A DNA stretch of 64,000 nt from an uncultured Gemmataceae bacterium (GCA_963750165.1 CAVVPN010000011.1:96001-160000), one strand, 5' to 3'. Shown: positions 9,899-20,066, counted from the stretch's first letter. Translations and numbers: made by a program. The notes: generated from the sequence alone by a model not told the origin.

Positions 9899-11643
9899 AT
9901 GCCAGCTGACACCACCGGGGCGGAGAAAACGTTGTCTCCTCGACGGCGCATTTTGGTGTTCGAGAGTGCCGGCCAGCCCTCGAACACTCCCCTGGACCCT
10001 GGCCGCGAAAACCTGGACCTGGTGCGCGTCAGCAACGTGGCCGAGGGGTTGGCGTTGCTGCGCCAGCAGACCTTCGATGGCGTTTACCTCAGCCCGCACG
10101 ACACGACGGTCTGGGAGCGGGCCGGCTCGCTGTTGCAGGCCGACTACATCCTCGAAGTGATCAGTGATGGCGTCGCCCTGGTCAACCCGGACCTGCGTGT
10201 CAGCTGGGCCAACCTGACCTTCGAGCGCTGGGCGGGCGGCTACGCCCGGGGCCGCAGTTTCTACGAGGCCCTCGGCTCTCCAGAGATTTTAGGTCCGGAC
10301 TACTGTCCCTTCCACACGGCCCTGGCCGGCAGGGCCGCCACCACCCGCCTGCACCGCCGTGACAACCACTACATCGAACTGCACGCCACCCCCGTCTTCG
10401 ACAACTCCGGCAAGGTCGGCCAGATCATCACCCTGGCCCGCGACGTGACGCCGTTGATGCAGCAGCAGCAGAAGCTCGACGCCCTGCACAAGGCTGGCCG
10501 TGAACTGGCCGCCCTGTCCGCCGCCCAGCTCGCCGAGATGAGCGTCGAGGAACGCATCGAGCTGCTCAAGCAGAACATCCGCCACTACACCCACGACCTG
10601 CTGCACTACGACGTGATCGAAATCCGCCTGCTCGACCGCCAGAGCGGCCGCCTGGAACCACTGCTGGAAGAGGGCATGACGCCCGAGGCGGCCGGCCGCA
10701 TGCTGTTCGCGAAGGCGGAGGGCAACGGCGTCACCGGCTTCGTCGCCGCCACCGGCAAGAGCTATCTCTGCCCCGACACCACCGTCGATCCGCTCTACCT
10801 CGAAGGCGCCCAGGGGCGCGGTCATCGCTGACGGTGGCGCTGACGGTCGGCGATCAGGTGATTGGCACCTTCAACGTCGAGAGCCCGAACGCCGGCGGCT
10901 TCGGCGAACAGGACCTGCAGTTCGCGGAAATCTTCAGCCGAGAGATCGCCCAGGCGCTGCACACGCTGGAACTGCTGTCGGCGGAGAAGCACCATGCCAC
11001 GTCGCAGTCCATCGAGGCGATCAACCGCGAGGTGGCGCTGCCGGTGGACGAGATTTTGAACACGACCAGCGACGTGCTCGACCGCTACATCGGCCACGAG
11101 CCGGAGCTGACCGAGAAGCTGCGGCTGATCCTGGCCAGCGCCCGGGCGATCAAGCAGTGCATCAACAAGGTCGGTGAGGACATGGCGCCGGCGGGCAGTC
11201 TGTTCGGGCCGGAGCCGGAGATGCACCCGCGGCTGAAGGGGCTGCGTGTGCTGGTGGTGGACAACGACGAGCGCGTGCGCCGCTCGGCGCACAGCCTGCT
11301 GGGCCGCTTCGGCTGCGTGGTCGAGACGGCCCGCGACGGCCAGCAGGCAATGACCATGGCGCGGCTCGGCGCCTACGATGCCATGCTGGCCGACATCCGG
11401 CTGCCGGACATGAGCGGCTACGAGGTGTTCCACCGGCTGCGCGAGGCGCAGCCGCAGGCGCGCGTTATCCTGATGACGGCGTTCGGCTACGACCCGTCGC
11501 ACTCGATCGTCAAGGCCCGGCAGGAGGGGCTGCGGTGCGTGCTGTACAAGCCGTTCCGCGTCGATCAGATGCTGGCGGCGCTGGAGGGCCCCGAGCCGGA
11601 CTCGAGCCGGGACGGGGCTGGCAACCAGGTCGTCAAGGCGTGA
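9899..11643 (+). CDS. PAS-GAF-receiver signalling protein; frameshift near 10815
   Basis: PAS (ISDGVALVN...WANLTFERW); GAF (NGVTGFVAATGKSYLCPD...VIGTFNVES) split across a G run; C-terminal REC (VLVVDND, ADIRLPDMSGYE, MTAFG, KPF). Confidence 0.85.
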
Positions 11644-11651
11644 GTCCCGGC

Positions 11652-12890
11652 ATGACGATGACCCTGCTGGCGGCCGAGCCGTTGTTCGAGTTCCTGCCGG
11701 GCAGTCCGGCCGGTTCGGCCCTGCTCTGGCTGCTGTTCCTGGCCGCCTGCCTCGGCCACGCCATTTTCGCGGTGGTCAGCCTGAACTGCATCTACGGCTG
11801 CAATCTGCCACACCAGCTCCTGAGTCACCTGCGCAAGCTCGATGGTCTGGTGGTGCTGGCCGGGCCGGTGCTGTTCTGGTTCGCCTTCGGCCAGGCGTGG
11901 GCGCTCGGCACCGACGAGGCGGACTTCGCCCACCGACTGCTGCCCGCTTATGTCGTGCTGTGCTGGCTGACGACGTTCGTCGCCTTCCCGCTGACGACGG
12001 TGCGCCGGCTGCTGCGCCGCACCCCGGCGGTGCTGCGCGGCAACCACAGTCAGGTGATCGACGTGGCGCGCGAACTTGGCTACAAGCCGGTCGGCCACGG
12101 CAAGCACCGGCGGGCGGCGCGGCTGCCGTTCAACCAGGTGTTCCAGGTCGAGTTCGCCGAGCGCGAGTTTTGTCTGCCGCGGCTGCCGGCCGCGTGGGAC
12201 GGACTGACGATCCTGCACCTGAGCGATCTACACTTTTGCGGCACACCGGACCGCGACTTTTACCGCGTGGTGCTGGACCGCTGCCGGGCGTGGCAGGCGG
12301 ACATCGTGGCCGTCACCGGCGACGTGGTGGACAGCAGCTGGCACCACCGCTGGGTGATTCCGCTGCTGGGCCGGCTGCACTGGAACGTGGCGGCGTTCGC
12401 GATCCTGGGCAATCACGACAGCTGGCGCGACGTGCCGCGCATCCGCAAGCGGCTGGCGCGGGTGGGGCTGGACAACCTCGGCAACGGCTGGCGGGTTCTG
12501 GACGTGCGCGGCGAGCCACTGGTGGTGGTGGGCCACGAGGGACCGTGGATCGGGCCGCCACCGGACCTGAGCGGTTGTCCGGAGGGGCCGTTTCGGCTGT
12601 GCCTGAGCCATACGCCGGACAACATCCGCTGGGCGCGGCGACACAAGATGGACCTGATGCTGGCGGGGCACGTCCACGGTGGCCAGATTCGGCTGCCGGT
12701 GGTGGGCTCGATCTTCGTGCCGAGCCGGTACAGCCGGAAGTACGACTGCGGCACCTTCGACGAGGAGCCGACGCTGCTGCACGTCAGCCGCGGTTTGGCG
12801 GGACAGCACCCGCTGCGCTTCAACTGCCGGCCGGAGGTGACGCTGCTACGGCTGCGCAGCGCGGACAAGGAAAAAGACTCGCCTTCATGA
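11652..12890 (+). CDS. Membrane-anchored metallophosphoesterase (YkuE-like)
   Basis: N-terminal TM helices; LSDLH, TGDVVD, GNHD, LSHTPD, AGHVHGGQ. Confidence 0.92.
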   Translation: MTMTLLAAEPLFEFLPGSPAGSALLWLLFLAACLGHAIFAVVSLNCIYGCNLPHQLLSHLRKLDGLVVLAGPVLFWFAFGQAWALGTDEADFAHRLLPAYVVLCWLTTFVAFPLTTVRRLLRRTPAVLRGNHSQVIDVARELGYKPVGHGKHRRAARLPFNQVFQVEFAEREFCLPRLPAAWDGLTILHLSDLHFCGTPDRDFYRVVLDRCRAWQADIVAVTGDVVDSSWHHRWVIPLLGRLHWNVAAFAILGNHDSWRDVPRIRKRLARVGLDNLGNGWRVLDVRGEPLVVVGHEGPWIGPPPDLSGCPEGPFRLCLSHTPDNIRWARRHKMDLMLAGHVHGGQIRLPVVGSIFVPSRYSRKYDCGTFDEEPTLLHVSRGLAGQHPLRFNCRPEVTLLRLRSADKEKDSPS

Positions 12891-13089
12891 TCGGCCTCAT
12901 GGCCGTGTCGCCCGGCCCGTCAACGTACACGATCCCGGTCCACGAACTGACACGCTCATCGCGAACGCCTTCTTCGCTGGGGGATTCCAAGGGATCACTG
13001 GAGGCGCTCACGGCAAGGGCGCCAGGGCTCACGCCACCTGCGCCCGGCCGCTGTCCCCGTTGGCAACGGCAGGCGTCGCGCGGCGGGGT

Positions 13090-13160
13090 TTGTCAAATCA
13101 AGGACGCCAAGGATGCCAAGGACGCCAACTTTTTCATACGTCGAGATGTCATCCCCTGGC
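13090..13160 (+). repeat. Second copy of the ~70-bp dispersed repeat
   Basis: TTGTCAAATCAAGGACGCCAAGGATGCCAAGGACGCCAACTTTTTCATACGTCGAGATGTCATCCCCTGGC. Confidence 0.8.
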
Positions 13161-13165
13161 ACCGT

Positions 13166-14053
13166 TCACTTCTTTGCCTGCTTCAGCGCCGCCAGCAACG
13201 CCGGTTGCTGGTGCAGGCGGCTCACCTCCGCGGCCGTCAACGGCCGGTCGAACAGCGCGAACTCGTCCAGCAGCCCAATGAAGTTCACGGCGACGTAAAC
13301 GCCTGTTTTGTTCAGGTCCCACTTCAGCGCCAGTTCGCGGTCCTTGACCGTGCCGCGGTGCTTGCCGTCAATGTACAGGTCCGCCTGGCCGTCCTTCTTG
13401 CCGGTGTCCAGGTGGTCCCACGTCAGCACGACATGATGCCAGTCGCCGGCCTTGAAGCCGACGCCGCGCACCCACACCATCGGCGCATCGGGGTCCGACT
13501 CGGCGACACCCCTGGCACCGGCTGGCACCGCCGGGAAGACGCCCATGCGCAGGTCGCGCGGTTTGGCGTCGTTGAAGTCGAACCAGATGCCGCCGTCGTT
13601 GGCGCCCTTCTGCGTGATCTGCACCGGATCGCAGAATTTCGTCTTGAACAGTTTGTCCGGGTCCGTGTTGATCCACACCGACACGGAGCCGCCCCAGCCG
13701 TTCGGCCTGAACGCGAGGTTGCCCTTCGCTGGAAAGAAGATGCGGCCGTTGTTCGGCAGCACGTCCACCACTTCCAGACAGCCGCCGCTAACGCCCTTGC
13801 CCGGCGCGACGCGAAATACCTTGTCGTTGTAGCCCTTCTCGAAGACGAACTTGCCTTTCTCCGTCGCGTGGTTGAAGCGCGTCGAGAGTGTCAGGTCACC
13901 GCCGCCGAAGTCGGCTTTCGCATTCTCGTCGAAGGAGGCGTAGAACGTCACGGCCTTGCGAATGGCGTCGTCCGGTTTCTGCTCGCTGTCCGTCACGGCA
14001 ACCTCCGTCGTCAGCAACATGGCGACCACCACCCAAACGCCCCCACGTTTCAT
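13166..14053 (-). CDS. Secreted LamG/concanavalin A-like domain protein
   Basis: Signal peptide; SVSVWIN, WHHVVLTW, LYIDG, LDEFALFDRPLTAAEV. Confidence 0.85.
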   Translation of the reverse strand: MKRGGVWVVVAMLLTTEVAVTDSEQKPDDAIRKAVTFYASFDENAKADFGGGDLTLSTRFNHATEKGKFVFEKGYNDKVFRVAPGKGVSGGCLEVVDVLPNNGRIFFPAKGNLAFRPNGWGGSVSVWINTDPDKLFKTKFCDPVQITQKGANDGGIWFDFNDAKPRDLRMGVFPAVPAGARGVAESDPDAPMVWVRGVGFKAGDWHHVVLTWDHLDTGKKDGQADLYIDGKHRGTVKDRELALKWDLNKTGVYVAVNFIGLLDEFALFDRPLTAAEVSRLHQQPALLAALKQAKK

Positions 14054-14099
14054 CGTCCGCCCCTTTCCACGAGGAGCACCACGCCCCGTTACTCGCCGC

Positions 14100-14868
14100 C
14101 TAAAACCCCACGCCGACCTCCAACGCGATCGGCACCGCAATCCGCTCCACGGTGTCAAAATACGTGGCCCGCACCGTGCAGCGCTCGAGGTTCCCGTCCG
14201 TGAAAAAAGTCACCTGGAAACCGCTGTTGGCCTTGGATCCGAAGCCCCCGGAGCGGATGACCTGTCGAAAGACCACCTCCTTGCCGGCGGCGTCCAGCAG
14301 GACCAGCGCCTTGAGGGGGCGGGTCCCCGTGTATGTGTACATGCCCTTGATCGTGCCCCCACCCTTGCCCTTGCCGAGCCGCCTGGGTTCCAGCGTGCCG
14401 ACGCGCAGATCGACACCCTTGCTCAGGTCGGCATCCTTGACCTCGACGGTCTTCTCGACCTTGCCCACGTCCACGGCCAGGGTGCCGGCAAGCTTCAATT
14501 TACGGGAGCCCTGGGCCGGCAGCCCCGGCGCCGTGAAACTGACCCGCAGCGATTGGCAGTCCGCCGCCAGGACCTCAAGGCCCAGCTTGAAGGGGGATTG
14601 CTTCAGCCCGCGGAGCAAATCGGTCTGCCGGTCGTCCGTGAAGGCCGTCAATTCGCTGCGCCAGATCGAGCCGGGTGATGAACTTCCCGGGGAGGTGCAG
14701 CCGCGCCGTGACCGTGGTCCCGCGGTCGATGAGCAGGTCCGTACGGATCCCCGGTGGCGCTTCTTTCTGAACGCTCATTCCCAGCACGACCCATTTTGGC
14801 GCCTGACCGGGGGCCGGGGAGGCGAATGCGGCCAGGACGAGGCCGGCCGCGGCGAGCGAACGAAGCAT
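14100..14868 (-). CDS. Secreted hypothetical protein, paralogue of 14897..15679; frameshift near 14660
   Basis: Signal MLRSLAAAGLVLAAFASPA; LHLPGK and TDDRQTDLL match the neighbour; C-terminus VPIALEVGVGF. Confidence 0.7.
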
Positions 14869-14896
14869 GCGCGTGCTCCTGATACGGGAGACCAAT

Positions 14897-15679
14897 TCAC
14901 AATCCGACGCCGATTTCCAGGTCGATGGGCACGGTGACCTTCTCGACCGCCTCGAAGTAGGTAACGCGGACGTTTGCACGGGACAGGCCGGACGGCAGGG
15001 GGAAATGCCCCCGGAAATGTTGTTCACTCTTGCCCTTGCCGCCGAGCGGCACCCCTTTGAGGTGCGCGGTCTGCGGCAACGTGATTTCCTTGCCGGCCTC
15101 GTTGAACAGTGTGAGATCCTTCACGGGTTGCTTGCCGGTGTAGGTCAGGGTGCCGCTGAATGAGCCGGTCCCGGTGAATTTCAGTGTGCCGGCCGGCAAC
15201 TCCAGCCCGAGCCGCAACGCCACGTTGTCGCGCTCGAAGCGCTTCTCGCCCTTGCCGACGAGGACCACCAGCGTTCCCTTGACTCGGACCCGGGTTGCCC
15301 CCGCGGCGGGCGTTTTCGCGGTGCTGAAGGCGACGCCGCACAGCCGGCCGCCCATCGAAATCTGCGCGTCTTTCGCGATCAGGGGAGTAGCGCCGTTGCG
15401 GTCGGCCGCCAACAGGTCTGTCCCCTGGTCGTCCGCGATGGAGGTGATCGTGCTCTCACCGACGTCGATGCCAACCATCGATTTCCCGGGCAGGTGCAGG
15501 ACGGCCCGAATCTGGGTCGTTGACCTGTCGCGGAAGGGCCGGCGGTCGTCGGGGTCCGCCTTCTCGACCTTCAGCGCCAGCACGCTCCAGTGTGGGCCGC
15601 CCTGTTGCTGTCCGTGAACCGGCACCATTCCGAGGGCCAGCGCCAGCGGCACCACCGCCCAGATGCGCGTCATGTTCAT
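14897..15679 (-). CDS. Secreted hypothetical protein
   Basis: Signal peptide; LHLPGK, ADDQGTDLL; C-terminus VPIDLEIGVGL. Confidence 0.75.
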   Translation of the reverse strand: MNMTRIWAVVPLALALGMVPVHGQQQGGPHWSVLALKVEKADPDDRRPFRDRSTTQIRAVLHLPGKSMVGIDVGESTITSIADDQGTDLLAADRNGATPLIAKDAQISMGGRLCGVAFSTAKTPAAGATRVRVKGTLVVLVGKGEKRFERDNVALRLGLELPAGTLKFTGTGSFSGTLTYTGKQPVKDLTLFNEAGKEITLPQTAHLKGVPLGGKGKSEQHFRGHFPLPSGLSRANVRVTYFEAVEKVTVPIDLEIGVGL

Positions 15680-15696
15680 CCCCCCTGAACCCGCGG

Positions 15697-17865
15697 TCAA
15701 TCCAGGTACACAAATTCATTCGCATTCAACAGCGCCTGGCAGAACTGCACCAGGCTGGCCGGCGACTCCGCCGCACTCTCGAAAAAGCGCCGCACCGCCG
15801 CGCGATCGTGCCCATCCGGCGGCCGGCCCAGCGCCAGCACAAACGCCGCCTCCACCTGCTTCTCGCGGTCGTCGCCGGCCAGCGCCGTAATCCGTTTCGC
15901 CAGCCCCTGCGCCCGCTTCATGCTGAAGTCGTTGTTGAGCAGGTACAGCGCCTGCAGCGCCGCCGTCGAGATGTGCCGCCGGCCGCAGCTCTCCAGCACG
16001 GCGTTGGGGCCGTCGAACAACCCCTGCAGCGCCGGCGGCGCATGCCGTTTCTGGAACAGGTACAGGCCGCGGCGCCGGCTCTGCTCGTCGGTGATGCTCG
16101 GGCCGCCGAGGCGGCGGTCGAGGTCACCGCTGACCGCCAGCAGGCTATCGCGGATGACCTCCGCCTCCAACCGCCGCGGCCGCCAGCGCCACAGATACAC
16201 GTTGTCCGGGTCGATGGCCGCGTTGGCCGGTACTCGCTGGGCATCCTGGCGATAGGTGGCGCTCGTCACGATCAGGCGATGGATGGCGCGCGTGCTGCCG
16301 CCCTGACGCCAGAACTCCGCGGCCAGCCAGTCGAGCAGGGCCGGGTGACTCGGCGGAGCGCCGCGCGTGCCGAAGTCGCCGGGCGTCGCCACGATGCCGC
16401 GGCCCAGGTGGTGGTGCCAGAGCCGATTGACGTACACACGGCCGGTCAGTGGATGGTCCGGGCTCGCCAGCCAGTTCGCCAGCGCCAGGCGCGGTTTTTT
16501 GGCGACGACCTCCGGCGGCGTTGGGCCGAACAGCGCTGGCCAGCCCGCGGCCAGGGCCTCGCGCGGCTGATGCACGTCGCCGCTGTTCAGCAAGCGCGAC
16601 CGCGTGTGGGCCAGCTCCTCCGGCATCAGCGGCGGCGGATAAAAGCCCTTCATCGGCAGCAGCTCGAAGCGGTGCGGGCTGGTCACCGGCGAGAAGAAGG
16701 CGAGCGTCTGCGGCCGCTCCGGCGCCAGCTTTTCCCACAGGGCGATGCGGGCCTTCAGTTCGTCGTACAGCCGGCGGTCTTCCGGCGCGATGGCCTTGCT
16801 GATGGGGCCCTGGCCGATCAGGTGGTTGAACTCGGAGCCGCGCACGAGTTTTTCCTGAGCGGGAGTGCGCTGATCCGGCGGCACCGCCAGCGCGGCCAGC
16901 ACCGCGGGCGGCAACTGGCGGCGCACCGCTGCCACGCAGCGCCGCCGTGTGCGTTCCAGGATTTGCTCGCGCAGCATCACGGCCCGGTCGTATTCGATGG
17001 GTCGGCGGCCCTCGTGGGTGTCGCGCAGGACGACGTTGCCAAGGTGGCCCTGCGCGAAGAAACCCTGGAAGCGGTAGTAGTCGCGGGCGCTGATCGGGTC
17101 GAACTTGTGGTTGTGGCACTGAGCGCAGTTGAACGTCAGACCAAGGAACGCCGCGCCGGTGGCGTTGGTGATGTCCACCAGCAGGTCGTTGCGCTGGCGA
17201 ACGCTGTCCTCCTCGTTGCTGCTCAGGCGGCCCGCCGCCAAAAAGCCGGTGGCGATCAGGTGCTCGTCGGCGTAGGGCGACAGCTCGTCGCCGGCCAGCT
17301 GCTCGCGCACGAAGTCGGCGAACGGTTTGTCCTGGTTGACGCTGCGCACCACCCAGTCGCGGTAGCGCCAGGCGTGCGGCCGCAGATGATTGCTCTCGTA
17401 GCCCTCCGACTCCGCCCAGCGGGCCACGTCGAGCCAGTGGCGGCCCCAGCGCTCGCCGTGGTGGGGCGACGCCAGCAGCCGTTCGACCACTTTCTCATAA
17501 GCGTTCGGTGATTGGTCCTGTAAAAAAGCGTCGATCTCCGCGGGCGTCGGCGGCAGCCCAATCAGGTCGAGCGTGACGCGGCGCAGCAGAGTGCGGCGGT
17601 CGGCCGCCGGGGCGGGCGTCAGGCCGCGGGCCTCGTGCTCGGCGGCGACGAAGGCGTCAATGGGGTTGCGCACCCAGGCGGCGTTCTTGACCTTCGGCAC
17701 CGCCACGGGCCGCACCGGCTGGAACGCCCAGTGCTTGGCCGGCGCCTTGCCGCTCGTTTGCGCCGCGGCAGCCGGCGACCGGTCGTCAACGGGCACGACC
17801 GCGGCCAGGGCGAACGCGGCCGACACGGCGAGAACACGACGCAGGAGGAACGGGTAGCGGATCAT
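15697..17865 (-). CDS. DUF1549/DUF1553 (PSCyt2/PSD1) planctomycete cytochrome-like protein
   Basis: HWAFQP, NPIDAF, LLRRVTLDLIGLPPT, GERWGRHWLDVAR, CAQCHNHKFDP, RRLEAEVIRD. Confidence 0.93.
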   Translation of the reverse strand: MIRYPFLLRRVLAVSAAFALAAVVPVDDRSPAAAAQTSGKAPAKHWAFQPVRPVAVPKVKNAAWVRNPIDAFVAAEHEARGLTPAPAADRRTLLRRVTLDLIGLPPTPAEIDAFLQDQSPNAYEKVVERLLASPHHGERWGRHWLDVARWAESEGYESNHLRPHAWRYRDWVVRSVNQDKPFADFVREQLAGDELSPYADEHLIATGFLAAGRLSSNEEDSVRQRNDLLVDITNATGAAFLGLTFNCAQCHNHKFDPISARDYYRFQGFFAQGHLGNVVLRDTHEGRRPIEYDRAVMLREQILERTRRRCVAAVRRQLPPAVLAALAVPPDQRTPAQEKLVRGSEFNHLIGQGPISKAIAPEDRRLYDELKARIALWEKLAPERPQTLAFFSPVTSPHRFELLPMKGFYPPPLMPEELAHTRSRLLNSGDVHQPREALAAGWPALFGPTPPEVVAKKPRLALANWLASPDHPLTGRVYVNRLWHHHLGRGIVATPGDFGTRGAPPSHPALLDWLAAEFWRQGGSTRAIHRLIVTSATYRQDAQRVPANAAIDPDNVYLWRWRPRRLEAEVIRDSLLAVSGDLDRRLGGPSITDEQSRRRGLYLFQKRHAPPALQGLFDGPNAVLESCGRRHISTAALQALYLLNNDFSMKRAQGLAKRITALAGDDREKQVEAAFVLALGRPPDGHDRAAVRRFFESAAESPASLVQFCQALLNANEFVYLD

Positions 17866-17974
17866 GGGGCAGGCAGCGCTCCTTCGGTCGGGCGCACGGA
17901 GTTACCATCACGGATACCCCCTATCCTACCGGCGGCGTCCGGGAAGGGAAACAAACTCTCCGGGAAAAACGATC

Positions 17975-18979
17975 TCAGCGCGGCTCCAGGGGCAGCGTGC
18001 GTGCCAGGCCGATGGTGGCCCAGGCGCTGCCCCAGTAGACGGCGATGGGGTTATCCGGGGCGTTCGGCTTGCGCGTCGGCGAGAACCAGGAGCCGTCCGG
18101 CCGCTGCCGCTCCGCCAGGAAGGCCCACGCCCGCCGCACCGTCGCGTCCTGACCGCTCAGCCCAACGCGGCCCAGCGCGTACAGGCTCTGGCCCGTGGCG
18201 AACGCCTCGCTCGGCCGGCCGTTTGTCCAGCTCCAGCCGCCGTCGGCGTTCTGCTGTGCCTTCAACTCCTTCGTCAGTTCGATGGCCCGCAGCACGTCGC
18301 CGAACTCCAGTTCCACCAGCAGCCGCACCACCAGGGCTTCGTTGCTAGCGCCGGCCGGCGCCTTCGCCAACCAGGCCAGCGCCTGCTCACGGCTCGTTGC
18401 ATAAGCGGGGTCGCTCTTCTCGACCGTGGTCAGCGCCAGCACGGCCCAGAGCGTGGTCGCCTCGTTGTTCTCCGCGTCGGAGCGCTTCAGCCCCTGGCCC
18501 TCGTATTTCCAGAAGCCCTGCTGTTTCTGACCATTGACCAGCACGTCCGCGATGGTTTTCACTGCCAGGCCCGCTTTCGACTCCGCCGCGGGCGCGGCGA
18601 CCTGGCCCAGCACGAGGTGCATGCCCTCGACGTTGCCGGTCTTCTTGGTCTGATACTCCTTCAGGTTGCTCTGGTAGAAATTCAGCGCCTGGGTCGTCCA
18701 CGCTGCCAGTTTCTGCTCGTCCACCGGGATGCCGCGGGCGCGGGCCTCGTTGTGACTCCAGAGCAGGAAGGCGCCGTGATGGCAAGCATTGCACTTGCGC
18801 TTGGCCCACCAGGCCAGCCCCTCCTTCTCCAGAAACGCCAGGCCGCGCGTGACGGATTGACGCAGTTCCTGCGGCTGAGGGGGCTTCTTGCCGGGGGTGC
18901 CGGCCTGTTGCTGCGCAGGCGCCGTCGCGGCGGTGCCCAGGATGAGCAGGAGTCCGAGGGAGAGGGGGCGGAGTGTCAC
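17975..18979 (-). CDS. Secreted prenyltransferase/squalene-cyclase-repeat protein with CxxCH motif
   Basis: Signal peptide from GTG 18979; CNACHH; QQNADGGW, RQRPDGSW. Confidence 0.8.
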   Translation of the reverse strand: MTLRPLSLGLLLILGTAATAPAQQQAGTPGKKPPQPQELRQSVTRGLAFLEKEGLAWWAKRKCNACHHGAFLLWSHNEARARGIPVDEQKLAAWTTQALNFYQSNLKEYQTKKTGNVEGMHLVLGQVAAPAAESKAGLAVKTIADVLVNGQKQQGFWKYEGQGLKRSDAENNEATTLWAVLALTTVEKSDPAYATSREQALAWLAKAPAGASNEALVVRLLVELEFGDVLRAIELTKELKAQQNADGGWSWTNGRPSEAFATGQSLYALGRVGLSGQDATVRRAWAFLAERQRPDGSWFSPTRKPNAPDNPIAVYWGSAWATIGLARTLPLEPR

Positions 18980-19131
18980 GGTTCTTCCTCCAAGCGGGTG
19001 GGCGTGGGAGGCGGGGTTTTTCTGAACACCGTATTCTCGCCCATGGCCGGGGCAAAAACAAGGGCTGCGCTTGCAAATGCGCGCCCCCTGTTGGTACGCT
19101 TTCAAATACCGATTTACCAACGAGGTGTCCC

Positions 19132-19455
19132 ATGTCGGGTGGAACTTATCAGCAAGCGCAGGACAACGATTTGGATCCCCGATCCGCAACCTTTCCGCGC
19201 GGTCTCCTGCAACCGCCCGCTCGGGTGATCGAGTTGGTGGCTCGAGAAGCGGCGCGCCTGCCCATGACATCAGAGGCTCGCAAGCGAATTACCGAAGACT
19301 TGACGTTGCAATTTTTTTTCGAGGGCGTGGATGTGGCTTACCGCCGCACGCCGCAGGGCGTCGAGGTGCTGGCCGTGGGCGCGGACGAAATCGGCGCTCT
19401 TGTCAAACGGTTGACGCAGGAAGAACTGCTCGCCATGTACATTGGACAGCCGTAA
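19132..19455 (+). CDS. Hypothetical protein
   Basis: GAGG RBS before ATG 19132; stop abuts the antitoxin start. Confidence 0.6.
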   Translation: MSGGTYQQAQDNDLDPRSATFPRGLLQPPARVIELVAREAARLPMTSEARKRITEDLTLQFFFEGVDVAYRRTPQGVEVLAVGADEIGALVKRLTQEELLAMYIGQP

Positions 19456-19710
19456 ATGCTGAGGACTCAACCGATGACCAACCTGACAATGAGCAGCGGC
19501 GGCCAAATCACCTTGCCGCCTGAATTACGGGATCACTACGGACTGACTCCAGAAAAGCCGCTGCGCGTGATTCAGACGAAGAGCGGCATCCTCTTGATAC
19601 CACTCACGGACGCTCCGATGGAACCGGCACTTCAGCAAGAGTTGCAGGAATGGCAGGCGCTCGGCGCCGCCTCCTGGGACCTGTTTCCTTACGAGGAGCC
19701 GGAGTCGTGA
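19456..19710 (+). CDS. AbrB/MazE/SpoVT-family antitoxin
   Basis: MSSGGQITLPPELRDHYGL...ILLIP; GTGA overlap with the toxin gene. Confidence 0.85.
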   Translation: MLRTQPMTNLTMSSGGQITLPPELRDHYGLTPEKPLRVIQTKSGILLIPLTDAPMEPALQQELQEWQALGAASWDLFPYEEPES

Positions 19711-20066
19711 ATATTGGCGACATCTACTGGGTGGATTTTCCGGCTGGGGCCGGCCGTGCCCAGACGGGGAGAAGACCTGCTATTGTAGTCCAAACTTCGG
19801 CCACCTCGGATCAACTGCCCACGGTGTTGCTCATCCCACTCACCACTCAGCAGGATGCTTTACGGTTCCCCGGAACGTTGCTGATTGAGGGGGACGCCGA
19901 CAACGGTTTGAAGCGCGCCTCCGTGGCGTTAGCGTTTCAACTTACGGTACTGGATCGTCGCTACCTGGGTTCGTTCCTGGGGAAATTGTCGTCCGCGAAG
20001 CTGCATGACCTCTGGGCCGCATTCGACGAAATCACCGGCCGGGCGGCCCCGCCGAACCCGTCTTGA
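19707..20066 (+). CDS. PemK/MazF-family toxin
   Basis: GDIYWVDFP...QTGRRPAIVVQ...LIPLTT...GLKRASVALAFQL. Confidence 0.9.
   Translation: MNIGDIYWVDFPAGAGRAQTGRRPAIVVQTSATSDQLPTVLLIPLTTQQDALRFPGTLLIEGDADNGLKRASVALAFQLTVLDRRYLGSFLGKLSSAKLHDLWAAFDEITGRAAPPNPS

Noticed and set aside
11897..14203. Long alternative-frame and antisense ORFs (768 aa here; also 15520-17511, 42593-44629, 61575-63464)
   Set aside because: Shadow ORFs typical of high-GC DNA, overlapping well-supported genes, with Arg/Ala/Pro-biased motif-free translations
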